Shown piece by piece: positions 25,921 to 39,396 of a stretch of DNA of 64,000 nucleotides. How positions within the stretch are numbered: position 1 is the first letter of the stretch; the number at the start of each line of letters is the position of its first letter. The position numbers and the translations under genes were made by a program. This DNA is from Diadema antillarum (taxonomy: Eukaryota). The notes under the pieces were generated by a model, which saw nothing but the letters and a program-made list of their open reading frames with translations, had not been told where the DNA came from and did no database searches. The DNA lies in NCBI RefSeq assembly GCF_040938485.1, contig NW_027271016.1:1054001-1118000 (forward strand). Reading direction: 5' to 3'.

Positions 25921-28431
25921 TTAATGCAAAATTTGTTCGATATGTGTATGGATATATGAGTGTTTATGTGTGGTCAGTGGTGGTGAGTGACAAAAAGGGG
26001 CACATGTTATGTTTCTACAGGAAATAAGGGTAAAACTTTGGGCAAGATGCATTTTTGTTTTCAATTAGTGTGATTATTTTTCTTTGGTCTCAAAATCACC
26101 AAAAAATTACCAAAAATCACCAAATTTTGATTTGGTTACCAGGCTAAAATTTTGTCACCAAACAACTTCAAAAATCACCAAATTTCACCCTTTTTGGTTA
26201 CCGAAGTCACCATCTGGCAACACTGGCATTAACTAGCACTCCAACCTCCTAGCGCTGTCAAATCGATCCCACAACAACTCGACTATAATAGAATCCGACC
26301 CATAAAAGCTCGACAACGCTGCACTGGACAATGTGACTCTGTCCGATGCAGGCCACTGGGAGCCGAGGGGGCTGTCTGGGGTGCTACAGCACCCCTGTAA
26401 AAATTGCTTGCTTTTTTTTTTAGACTGACAAAATTCTGAGTATTTTCATAAAAAGTGTGACCAAATCTGTCACTTTGCAAAGTTCCCTCCCGTGAAAGGG
26501 GAATATCCCATTCTGGTTAAAGATAGGTCAATCATCCCTTTTGCATGCAAATTTTTGAAAATTTGGTTAGAACACTTAGGAATTGAAGAAAACACTAATC
26601 AGCTGCTAATGGGAAACCTCCTGTAGATTTTTAATTCAAGAGGGTCTTCATTTGTTGTAGTTTAATTGACCGTTAAGATTTGAGTAATTATTTCGTACTC
26701 AGAAAAAATTACAAGTCAAAACTACTAGTCTAGTTTTACAGACCTGTGTGATGCACTTATGTATAATAGTTCATGTAAGTGGTGTTTTGTTATTTGCCAT
26801 AGATAACAAACTAAAAGAAGCTAGTGAATTCTTCCTTTCTGACAGCTTTAACATGCATATCTTTTGCTCGAAGTATAAGTATCATATTACAACCACATGA
26901 GGATTAGTACAGTATATGCAGCTGTGTGCCTCGTCTTACACAGAATACGTTATAGTGAGCATTTGGCGCATTATTTGAATTTTAACGGCTAACAACCTTC
27001 AAATTTCAAAGAAATGTTATAGCTTTACAATAGTCTTGTCATTCTGGTGGAATATATCATGTTCTGTGCTATTTGGGAGGGAATGCAAAAGGGATGGCCC
27101 ATCTTTAACTCTCGTTTCCTATTTATCCATAGATTTAGTTGGGTTTTTTTTAATGAAAATTTTCAAAATATTCTATATTTAGACAAAATCGTATTTTCAT
27201 TCTAATTCTAAATACAGGTAAGTAAAAGAGGGTTTGGGGCCGATAGACCGTAGTATAATCCCTTCAAAACTCTCTCCTGACTCGCCTCCCCTCCATAGAC
27301 TATAGAGATGATTATGGCTATGGCTATAAAATGTGGAGATTGACCTAGTCCAAATATTCCAAAAATATATGTGTATATATGCACCAGATCGTTGAATTGC
27401 ACTTATAAAAATGCAAAAGGTCCGTCGTGTGGGAGAGGGTAACCCCTCGCAACCCCCTTCCATCCACTCTTGAAACTTGTAGGCCCTTATAACCCTGTAT
27501 TTTTTCGATGCACACGCGAAAAAGAATTGATGATATCGTTATAGCAATTTTCATTTCTATTTCTTAGTGATAGGGAAAAAATCAAAATTTTACTTCACCA
27601 AAAAGTGTGCACCATCTATGCAGATCGTCGATTTTCAGGTGTGAAAATGCAAAATCTCACACACCCTCCCCCGCCCTGTCGCTCCGCTCCTTGCACGCGC
27701 CATATTGTGTATAACTTTGGAGGTCATCATGTCACTTTTAAATTTGCTATTATATATAGACTGATTAGAGTTTTGTTACTCCTCTCAGTATATCCGCATG
27801 TCGTCTACCAAAAACATTATAGAACCTGATGTCAGGACAATGATGATATATGCCTTAACATCATAACCAGTGGTATGTTGCGGTACACTCAAGGAAATAT
27901 TCATGAATACATTGAAAAGTTGCTACCCTCCCAAACACACAAAACGCACCTTTTTCCTATAGACACCGATATTATTTTTTTATATATTCACCGCAAGTCA
28001 ACGATTAAAGATACATTGTTTTGTTTCGCATCGTGTTTGTTTATTGTTTTTCTGGTTATCGTGGTGTGAGAATAATGATGACATTCATGGGCGGCGCTTC
28101 GTTTGTTTCAAGTGAGGAGACCGACTTTAACCCTTTCCATAATTCATACTGGATTCTTAAATTCCCATGCACAACACACACGTAACCAGGTGCCCGTCGG
28201 GAACGAGTTATATACGAAAAGAGCAGGGACATCAATTCGTTTTCTTTACTGACATCGCCTGATAATCAGTAAAACAAAACAAAACAAAACAACACAAACA
28301 AACAAACCGACAAACAATGACAACAACAAAATGAGCATCACCCAGCATTATTCCCTGCATATAGCTAAACTGGGATGGGGGGGGGGGCTGACAGTCAGAA
28401 CTTATATCTTTGGGGGGGGGGGGGGGGGAAT

Positions 28432-31400
28432 GGTTGCGCCGGCCAAGTCCTGCTGTAAATGTCCATATATATCATGGGTGAGAATTTTGAACGATGTACA
28501 ATTGCCAATTTTCGCACCTTATGACATTCTTTCCCTTAGAACACGCCAGGATGATCTAAGAAACCAGATTTTTTCATGTCATCTCAAAGATTGGTAAATT
28601 TCCTTTCAGGAAATATATGGTTTGGTTGACTTTTGCCTGATATTTTTCATTTGACAAGGACTTAAAGCGTAAAAATACGGTAAAAACGTTATTTTCACGA
28701 TAATTTTTGTTTTTCAAACTAATGATGTGCATTTTTAAGCGTACGTGGCATCTAATATCTGACCATGTTCTGGATCTGACATATCATGGGTATGAACCAC
28801 AAAATTATAAGAACTTTAAGAGCACGTATAAAATCACAGAGAACAATTGAAATATCAAAGTCCTAAACAGACGAACGTCCGTGGTGCTTTTATTTCTATC
28901 GCTGCTGCAAATTCTACTTTGTTGTCCCAACTGTAATGTATACGAAAATTTGGTGTTCCACCTAATGAACATATCCTGCAAAAATTGTACGTCTCCTGGC
29001 TGTACATGGGACGTAATATTCTTTTATGCAAAATTATACTCAGTTTTCGTCACGGACGTGCTTCCGCTATTTTCTAATAAAGATCGTATCCCTTTAAACG
29101 CTATTGGTGATATTGTTCTGAGTCGTAATCAACTAAGATCTAGCCACACGATAATATGTTTGTTTTGAGTTTCTGTCCATCCTTTGTCAAATAGGAACCG
29201 AAATTATATTTTTAGACGAACCTCCGAGAAAAAAAGAACGTCCGTGATGATTAAAACGTTTTCGAGTGAGACACCATCTTGCTTTGATGACGAAGGTGCA
29301 TTTTACCTTCGGCTCCCTAGCCGAGGAGCTGTATGTTATTTTTGGAGCGGACTGAGGCTTGTCCGCAGTTTTTGGACCATGCAATTCACCGAAATCCAAG
29401 CAAATAATTAATATTTTCTCTGAAAATTCACCTCCTGATCCCCCTCTGAGCAATACATATGTTGTAATGATGTCAAATTTCTTATAATTTGCATTGACAA
29501 TACCTTTTCAAATTTTTGAAAGAGTTAGGAAGGCTAGGTACTCTCTGCCGATTAGTTATCCGTCCGGGAACATGACCCTATCAGTAGAACGAACGTCCGT
29601 CATGACAATTCCAGCGAACGTCCGTGACGTATGCAATCCCTTCGATAGGGATAACTTGTCCCGAAAGTGTCCTGTATTCTTTAAAACTTTTAGCTCCAAT
29701 AGCCACAAATAAAGTTTTACAAAGTAAACAATGAGTTTAGGGCAGTAGTTTCAGAATTCTTAAGGCGTTATGTGATCATGATGAAGAAACAGTTGAAAAT
29801 TTACTCACAATTTTACGCTTGTTTTCCCTCTAATTATACAAAAACAGCTAAACACTGAAAACAAAGTTATAGGAAAATGGAATTTTGCGTAATCTGTAAT
29901 GTCTGTGCATTTAAATTTCTTTCTAATGAGGATCTGGAGACAATTTGTACTGTTACAGGTTCTGAAAGTTTCCCTCACGGACGTTCTGTCCGAGAAAGGA
30001 AATTGCTGATAATTACAAATATATCACTGCACATAAAGATAATGTTAGTTGAAAATATTACCAAATCACCGAGCCTCTCATACCCAAAAGTGAATAATGT
30101 TCAGCACTCAATTTACTTGTAATAACAAAAGGAAAACGTTTTGGTCACGGATGTTCGTTGGTTGAATAAGTCAAGGGATTACATAGTAGGAGAAAGAGGA
30201 TCAGTGCCATTTTTTAGTGACAGGTGCGCCAAGTGTTTATCTTTTGAGTATAGTACCTGCCGTCTCAAACAGAACACATCCAGTTTTGGCCTCCATAACG
30301 GACGTTCGCTGTAATTGTCATGATATTAAATGCCTTAATTCATTCTTATTTTTCTCTTCATGACGATTTTTCTCTCATTCCCTCAATAGCCTGGACATGC
30401 TGCTGCTACCAAACAGAAAACAGAAACAAAACAAAACAAACCAAAACAAATCCGAAAAGTGCTACGTAATCACATGCAGGATAATGACGGAAGAAGTCTG
30501 TAATGGGCATGTGTTGAATAAAAAAAGGAAAGGTTTCAAAAGGACGTGGAAGCAGTTGAATAAAAATGACTGAGAAACAGAAAAGGAATCGAGCTCCAAC
30601 ACACAGAGAAAAGAATTGCCAGTGCACTCCCGTTGTTCCAAATTCCTCTGGAGAAGTTTTTGTTTGTTTGTTTATGTTTTTTTATTCATCAAAATGCCGT
30701 CACAAGCGAACAAAAATAATGCAGTATACAATTATTGTCTGATGAAAACAAACAAATCCTCCGCTTATCATCACATGGTGTTGTTTTATACTCATCAATG
30801 AAAAGCAATGTTCATTTTTAATTCTTTCCAAGATTTTTTTTTCATTTTACATTTAAGAGACAGAGAGATCGTCAATTTGTTTGTGCTTTTGTGCTTACTT
30901 TGAAAACACATGTTAAAAAAGGTAATGATTAAGAATAGGTTTAAGGTTGCACTTTGATACGTTCGCTCTTCCTAAGATTCGTTACTTCGATGTCCAAAGG
31001 TTTGTTATTCCGAAAATGAAAACAAAAAAGTTTGTAGTTAATTAAGGAGGTTTGTTATTAAAAATTTTCTTATTCCGAAAGTTTGTTAGTCCGAAAAATA
31101 AATATTAAGGATCATTATTTTAGGTCCGTTCTTCTAAAAGTGGAAAGGGCCTGATATTCGTTCAGGTTAAAATTTTGAAATTTTTTTTGAAATTTGGAGG
31201 ATTTTAGTTGTTCACTTGTTTCTCCACATTTGGATAAGCGAACATGATTTTTCGTGTTCCAATTAATAAACCTTTCGATTAACCTTCGGAGATTCCTATC
31301 ATTTACTGAATAAAAAAGCTTCATAATTATACGAACTCTATCAATTTTCGTATTGACAAACTGTATGAATAACGAGCCTCCGAAATGACGCGCTACAAAA

Positions 31401-32675
31401 TGTTTGTTATAACAAACCATATTGTATAATATCGAAGTCACAAACATCCATCCAAGTAATATGGACTTATTGTGTCTTGTTATGACGAAACTTCGCAGTA
31501 TCGAACCTATTATCATTTATGACTAATATAATAATACAAATTCTCCTCGGTAACTGTGTGTAACACAAGGAGCAAACATATATTTCTTCCCAACGTATTC
31601 GTTTCCCCTCCCCAGCTAAACTTCGTATTTCTATAACGGAGCACATTTCTGTTGTCTTTCTATGTTAATTCTTTGTCATAATTTTAGCTGTGACCATGTT
31701 CGTTATAAGCAAATATTGCATTGTAGACTTTAAATAACAAATTTAGGACCTGAATCTTTTTCATGATAACGAAATTTTGATAGATATATTCGTTCTCAAG
31801 GATGGACTACGTCACTGAGATTACACATACGTTTGTACGTTCATTTACGAGAGATGGAAAAATTGTTTTCTTTGATTCCTCAGTATGAGAAGACAAACAA
31901 GCTTATATAACTGAGAATTGATAACATCTGTTCAGGATTTTGCAGAGGAGTTTGTTCTCGACATGAAATTGCTGTTTGTTGTGAGTAGAATGCGTTTCCA
32001 ACTCAAGAGAGCTGCATCTTGTTTGTTCCGAACGTCCGTGAGCTACATGCGAACCTCCGTGATGAAAACTATGCTATGTTCGTTGGGTTATAGAGACTGC
32101 CTAGATCAGATACATCTTAAAAAGGTATGTTATTATTTGGGAGTGGGGATTGAAGTATGGGATAGTGAAATAAGAGGTCAAAATATTGAGTTTCTGTAAA
32201 ATGCGCGTAAAGTGGAGAAAGTGTTTAGCGGAAGAGCAATATTTCAAAAGAAACGACGAATTTAGTTAAATCATCAGTTGTCTACCATTACGTATAGGTT
32301 AAGAGTACAAGCTTAATATTCTGCAAGCACGTACACATGTCCCTTAAGATATTTTGTTAGGATTTTGAACTGAATCAGATTTTTGCAAACTATGTTAAAT
32401 GGTATTCAAGTGTATGTGCTCTACTATTCCTCACGGACGTTCGCTGCTCTGGACATGGTAAACTTCAGCGGTGAATAAAAACTTGTTCCTCTGGGAAAAT
32501 CCTAGTATAATTGGGTTCATATTAAAGCTTGAGTTATACTCTTTCAGGTAAGATGAATAATTTGGAGAATTTCCTACTTTTTAAATTTTGCCTTGTTTTG
32601 GCTCAATTGTACATCGTTCAAAATTCTGACCCATTAATGTATGGACATTTACAGCAGGACTGGGCCGGCGCAACC
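28432..32675. mobile_element. 4.2-kb non-coding TIR DNA transposon, GG...CC ends, AT flanks (ISL2EU/PHIS-like)
   Basis: TIRs of about 72 bp (GGTTGCGCCGGCC(A/C)AGTCCTGCTGTAAATGTCCATA...GAATTTTGAACGATGTACAATTG) lie at 28432-28504 and 32604-32675, roughly 90% identical. The dinucleotide AT flanks both ends. No intact transposase ORF is present. Confidence 0.85.
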
Positions 32676-33899
32676 ATTAAAGCAACTCTTGCTGGAATCG
32701 TATAGGAATATGTCATTTGAGAAAGTAAAATAATAATAATGATAATAAATGGGAAGTGAGTTGCAAGTCGCGTTTACTGTCGCCTCATCGTTTAGCGTAT
32801 AAAAGTGTCTCCATGATGGTCACATGCTGACAAAACTTCCCATAGTTATTTGCTCGTCTGCTCACATGATTATCAGTTCTCCATGATTTCGAGATTTCGG
32901 TCACTGGTGCGCATGTGTACGCGCAACAAAGAAGACAGCTCGTCATCATTTCCATTTTTAAAAGAGTAAAAAATAATGAACAAAAGGGGACTATGCATGG
33001 GGCTGCCGTTATTATACGCATCCCCCATATTCAGCTGTAGTGGATAGAATCTGGTTTTAGAGTCAAAATGTGCAAGTGGGGGATGGGGGGGGGGGGGGGG
33101 GAGGTGCGGCAACCTCCCCCTTTTCCCCCTCCCTTTTGATATCGCGTATAATTCACAGGCCAGTCCCCCCCCCCCCCCCCCCCATGAATTGCTTTGTTAT
33201 ACTTTGTCGCACTGGAGGCGGGGGGGGGGGGGGGTTGGGGGCGCTCGGGCTCCCACTTTTTTGTGCGTGTTTTGCATAATACATTGTAGGAATATAGGGT
33301 CCAACCACCCCCCCTTTTTTTAACTGATTAAACTCGGAAGTGGCACCAGAAACCTGCCCCCTCCCGGGCCAGCCCAGATGCTAACTTGCTAATGCCAGTG
33401 TCTTTATTTGTTGCGATATTTATGTAGTCCTGTTTGCACGAGTGAGTTGGGAGTAAGTAATTGAAAGATCGACATTTTTCTTCTGATATTGTTATAAACC
33501 AAGTTTGGTGTTTGACGTATAGGTTCAAAGAGCAGGACCTCCAAACCTGGCCGGCCTCCAAATACAGTGTGGTATACTCTGGAGAACCTAGGCGTGTGTG
33601 CGTTGTTGTGTCGTTCATAATCCGAAGTCGGCTTCTACTGGATCTACCTACCCATCACATCAATGCTGCCAAGGGTATTTCTTGAGTCTTTCATTGAGCC
33701 CAAAGAACCACATTACCACAATCCGGACAAGACAACATACATGTAGTTCATTTATTGCACCCTCAATGAATTCTTGAGGACACTGTACCCCATAGAGAAC
33801 GACTGTCGTAATCAAATAGGCCGCTTTGTTTAGGGGTCGAGTTATTTTGTGGTCGCATTAATCGGAGCCCTAATTTCCTTTATCTCTGCTTGTGACGCA

Positions 33900-34450
33900 A
33901 TAAACACACAAAGAATGAAAACAGCTGACAGCTAGAGAGTGGTGACAGATTTCGACATGAGACACGGTCATCATCAGTGGACCGAGTGAACCTCTACTGG
34001 TACTGGTAGCTCTCTCGCAAGAATCGCGACACGCATGGAATTTGTTCTCTGAACAAAAGAAATTTAGAGATCAACGGAGTTCTGCTCACTTCCTCCAAAG
34101 TCTAGGTGGAAGGAAAATGAAGGATCACAGAAATTCGTGAGGAAACGAGACGCAATAAAAGCTGGAAGTGAAGGGGACACTGAAAACGGATGCGACCGAC
34201 GATTTGTGGGATACGCACGGTGTACAGCATTACAAGTCCGGGCAAAATCCATAGTCTGTTTTTTGGTAATTTCTACAAGATTGCACCCCACGATCGGCCT
34301 GCTGGTTTGGCCGGATAGTCGCCGGAAAGTGTGTAGTGCAGTTCTAGCGAGGTTTTGAGCCGCTGCCACTGGCTGGCCGGGGGCACGGCACTGCGGGTTT
34401 CAACTCTTTCAAAGACAAAATTTCATCTCTAGCAAGTTCTCCCAGGTAAA
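33900..34450 (+). promoter_or_regulatory. Putative CpG-rich promoter / 5' UTR exon of the ceramidase gene
   Basis: CpG enrichment and a donor CCAG|GTAAAA at 34446. The ACER ATG exon has an acceptor just upstream (ttacag| near 39374), which implies an upstream non-coding exon. The link between the two is inferred. Confidence 0.3.
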
Positions 34451-35888
34451 AATCACACGGTCTTTGTCTAGCTAGTGTAGTTCTTGTTGCTTCTCCTTTT
34501 TCTCTTTCATCACTGCCTCTGGCTATGTCTTCCTCCTCCCTGACATCTTTCTGCGCCCATATGAAATGAATGACAAGAAAGTCACAATTGATCCTCTGTT
34601 GCCATTGGCTCTAAGGGCTCTATTGAGTATTGTACTTGTAGTATCGATCTCCCCGTAATTCTCTTTCTCCTTTTCTCCAAACAAGTCCAATCTTCTTTCT
34701 CCTTCCTTCCTTCTTTCCCCTCCTCATTCCTCCCCCTCCTTCACCCTTTTTATCCCCTCTAACCCCCTCTTAGGCTCTTGTTTCTCACGTAATCTCTAGC
34801 TCAGATAACTATACACAGCCCAGTCGAGTCGCTGTACATGGTACGTCGCTGTTTTTCGCATAGCGTAGTAACAGCGTCTGGTCGGGCTATAGTTCAGACA
34901 GCTCTCTACAATTTTATAAGGCGAGCAATGTACACTGATTACTTATGTATGTAGTCTCTAGACTCTAGCCCTCAAGATCATCTGAACGCTTCGCATTTGG
35001 GCTGTTTAACTGTGTGAAGGAGTGTCCCGGGGTTATTCTTGATCTTGGTAGATCTATTACATTGTATTCTAGCCAGGGACAGCTGGGTTCATGTTTATTG
35101 ACAAATAACTGTTCAATCTTCTTCCTCTTCGAAATACTCCTCAACGTTCCATCTCTGGAACCGCAGTCTGGAACCAAATGAGGAGGGAGAGGGAGTGCGC
35201 AGTATTGCTCTATACTGTTCACGGAAAAAGTTGGTTGCATGTACATGTGTAGTTTAAAAGTGTCGTTGTTGACTATGCTGTGGATGTCGGATGGTACAAA
35301 TAGTGAGTTCCAGTCCTTGTAAGTTGTATTTTTGATGGTATAGGGTCTATGTGGAATATATTAATAGTGTTTGAAACAGTTTGTATTGAATGAAACCTTT
35401 ATAATAATACTTACTCTATAGTGTATAAAGACAAGTCTTGGAAAATTTTGCCTTCTGAAAGCTTACATGTTGCTGCATGATCAACAGTACGATCAGTATC
35501 TGCTGCTGATGTAAGCCTACTACTGTAAATGCAAAAAAAAAAAAAATTCTCTGCATATTTTGAAAGGGTTGGCAATTGGGGCAGCACAAATTCAAGAACC
35601 CGTGAATATGTTTTTGAGCTGCTCAGTGTGAAAAATAAATCACGTGAAAATATGGACATTTGTACAGTAAATTAGGAGCAGGACCCCATTGCTGGTACCG
35701 TACTTTGTTCAATATCAGATTTTTTTGAGTACAGGTAGTTGCACTTCGTGAATCTCATATGGTGGGTTTGACATTTTCAGACAACGACTAGTAGAAGCAG
35801 ACCTTTCACTTCATGGACTGTGGGAACAGCAATTATAGACTAAGCCCTCTAGAGAGAAATTAGCATTATGATTTACGTATCATTATTA

Positions 35889-36289
35889 TTACTTCCGCCA
35901 AGGAAGGAGGAGGTTAAGTGATCATTGGTGTTGGTTTGTGTGCTTGCAAAATAACTAAAAAAATTGTGAACGGACTTGAATGAAACTTGCAGGAGAAGTC
36001 GATAGTGAAACAACGAACAGATGTTTAAATTGTGGTAGTGATCTAACAATTCTGATGGATTTTTTGAAGGATTTTTGATCTTTTGGCATATTTTAGGTAA
36101 ATGAACCTGGGACTTCTAGCTGCATGCACTGCACTGGAAGTTCAATGTGCACTAAAACGTGTGCTCTGCAAGGCGTCGTGCAGCTGGAAGCTGATGACGT
36201 AAACAAAAGGCTTAGATCGGGAAATTGTGTGCGTATATGGGTGGAAATGAGTCGATGGAGGTCTGCGCTCTCTGAGTGCTTCTCTAGTT
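35889..36289 (+). mobile_element. Widespread aquatic-animal non-autonomous repeat of the TTACCTCCGCCAAGGAGG...GCGCTCTCTGAGTGC...CTAGT type (Crypton/Helitron-like; class uncertain)
   Basis: The 5' end TTACTTCCGCCAAGGAAGGAGG, internal TGAAACTTGCAGG and 3' end GGAGGTCTGCGCTCTCTGAGTGCTTCTCTAGTT were recognised from memory of this repeat type. Confidence 0.45.
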
Positions 36290-39200
36290 TGAATTGTACT
36301 CTACTAGTGACTACATGGTACAGTACTTGTAGTTGATGCTGTCTGTTATCGGTGGTGCTACATGATGCTCTAATCTTGGATATGAATTACAGTGTATGTG
36401 CTTTCATTTGATTAAATGTACATGTACATGAATAGTGTACTAGTCAGGCAGGTACTACTGGCAAAGAAGTCTAAGTATGCTACAGCTGCAGTTCAACAGA
36501 TAAAGACTTTGATATACAAAGAGTTCCAGAGATGCTGGCCCTAACTGGAAAACTGTGGAGGGGTCCCATAACAGAAGGAACAGTTTCTTTCTTTTTTTTT
36601 TTTTTTGAAATTTCCATATGATTAGATTCTAAGTGACATACACTGTACATTGTATCTTATGAAATTATTTGTAGGTACATTGCATTTTAATCATGCCATG
36701 ATTTTTCCACGTTCACTAAGTCTGACATACAAGCGCATATGTATTGAGTGTGAGACTTTAAATATACACATTTTACATTGCTTAGATAATCCTGCTTATA
36801 TCTTGAAAAATCTCATGTTTGAGAGGGGAAAAATATCTGTCATGATAAATGCCAGCTGCCAGTGCTTGATCTTTAAAAAAAAAATGTTTTTACAAGAGTA
36901 GAAGGAGTACAATGTATTGATTTTATATGAAATATCTAAATCCATCTTTTTAACAAATAAATCTGCATATTTTGTACAATATTGTCAGACTCAGAGCTGA
37001 TTCTTGTTTACCTTTTCTGTGAAAAATGAACTTTGAAGCTCATTACATGTACAGCGTATGTTTTCATTTAAACTTCTCCCAAGTACAGTAGTTGTGTGTT
37101 CTGCAATATCTCATCTTTATGAGAATATTTGTTCTTACAATATTACATGCAATATTTTGAATACATACATAAAGTCATCACAATGTACCATCCAAGATTT
37201 TCTGATTATCCCCAAAGCACATACAAGTGCACAAATGAGGAATCTACACATGTAGGCTTATACATATAGAACAATACTCAAACTAAAAGGTAGGATTTTC
37301 ATAAAACAAAATGATGTGTCGTGATGTGTTCAGTACATGCTGTTGAGATACCCATCTATATTCATTTCAAAATGTCAAGGTAGCATGTAATATTATTTAG
37401 AAGTATAGTTTGAATTATAAATGGCTAAATCAGACCAATACTGTATCAGGTATACTCATACTGAAACCCATCAAGTTAACATCGAGTTCACAGATTTGAT
37501 CTGAGACTAATAGAGACGGCAATGTTGCTGTTGCACATTGCATGCTACACTGACAAAAATAGACTGGGGTGACCTGTGAATGAACTCTGTCTCAGTGAAT
37601 ACAGTATCACAAAATGATATACACTGCACTTGCACTAGCAGTGTACATGTTCGTGTATGTAGCTCAAGCCCTTCTCAGCACCCTAGCAGCACTGTGTTAC
37701 ATGTACATATAATGCTGCATTTTCATGCAATATTTCTCCAGCATGTGGTTCACTTCCTGTCCACATGCTAAGATCATTTCTTGAGCACTTCCATAAGATG
37801 TTTGAGTGCAGCTACATTGTAGAACTGTATGACTGAGAGTAATGAACTGCATACAGTCCAGTTCAAATCTGAAGTCCCTATTGAAATGAGGGTAATGCTT
37901 GACTGAAATTATCTCCTTGAAGGAATACTAGAAATAATGATTGGATGGGAGAAAAAATTAAATAAAGAGTGTACATGTAGTGGTACAATGTACTTGAGAG
38001 ATCAAAAGGAAAACTTAATAGTAATATGAGTTTGTGTGATTGTTTGTAAGTACAGTACACTGATGATTTTTTTAATAATGTATATGTCATTCATTGCTTG
38101 ATAAGAGATGTTTACAATTCAGATCCACATTAACTTCTACATGTACATGTACTACAGTACTTGTAGTCCTAAGAACTACGTGTTACAACAGGATACCAAC
38201 TTTGCCATAAATTTGAACTTGAAATTGAACTTTAACTTGCTTACCCTACAGGATGTAAATTAAAGTGGGGTGTACAATTGCAGCCCTGATGCTGAGTTTG
38301 TACATTGACATGCCTTCATGAAATTATTATAGGTATGTTAATCATCTGGTTTAAATGAACATGGGAAATTTTTTTTTTGTCTTTTCCCAAGAAAAGATTT
38401 TCACATTATCTATCTTAGAATTGACAATATCAAAAAAGGACTTGTGTTCTACTCACTTTAGCTCAGTGATAAAGATAAGATTTGTTAAAGACTATTTTGA
38501 CAATCTCCATCTACTCTAGCCAGCATCAACATGGAGTGAAAACTTCACTTTATAAGTTATACACTGTACAATGTACTTTCAAGAGATTAATGATTATATG
38601 TACATCTCCAGCCACTATTAAAGATTCAAGTACATGTATCTAGCCAACACATTTTGTTATGTATTTTTATGTAATATAACATTCAACCAAGTGGCCTCAT
38701 ATTGTATGTCTGTGGGATATTGATTCCAATTATGTAAATAAATTAAAACACACAGCTGTGGCCACTGTTTGTTAAGCAGTGTCTAGAACATGTAAACTTG
38801 ATTAAATGTAGGCCCTATTTGATTGCAGTGTGGTCTTACAGACTTATCAGATTGTACTTTTTTCTGTAGTGTAGGAATTATTTTTAGAGTTGTGATATTA
38901 ACAAATTTTGTGATAATTCATGAACTATTCTATACAGGTCTTTTCTTTGCTGTTTGGAGCCACCTATCAAAGATACCCAAACAGAGTCAAGTTTTGCTGT
39001 GCAAACAGTATCTTTCTGTCTCACACACACACAGACACACAGACACACAGACACACACAAAATGTATTTATCTAGATCTTATTGCATTATTTTAAACATG
39101 ATACAAATTCATATCAAGAAACATCACACAATAACTTTTATGTTGCATACTTGCTTATATTTCAGTTGAACTTTGTATAAATTAAAGACAATATTTATGT

Positions 39201-39396
39201 AACTGCTCTTGTGCCTGTACAAATAAAATACTGAGAGTTGTCTATTTCCTATATAGCATATTGCAATTACTGCAATAAACCATAAGGCTCTTGTCTAAAT
39301 AATGAAAAGTAACTGGCAGTTGTGGCCTAAATGTAAATATTCATCTCCATAAATTTTCATCCTGTAAATTACAGTTGACAGTCATCAGACCAGAAA

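Larger units (their letters stand above)
23425..26225. mobile_element. Non-autonomous hAT-type DNA transposon (about 510 bp once the nested insert is removed)
   Basis: TIRs CAGCGTTGCCAG and CTGGCAACACTG match at 11/12. There is a perfect 8-bp TSD GCATTAAC at 23417-23424 and 26226-26233, and repeated subterminal AAAATCACCAAA motifs at both ends. Confidence 0.88.

Noticed and set aside
31115-31516. 133-aa ORF as the transposase of the 4.2-kb element
   Set aside because: It has no DDE, THAP or HTH motifs and derives from AT-rich degenerate repeat units.
28870-32445. Repeated GAACGTCCGTGA motif as a CRISPR-like array
   Set aside because: The repeats are only 12 bp, irregularly spaced, in both orientations and inside a eukaryotic TIR element, and no cas genes are present.
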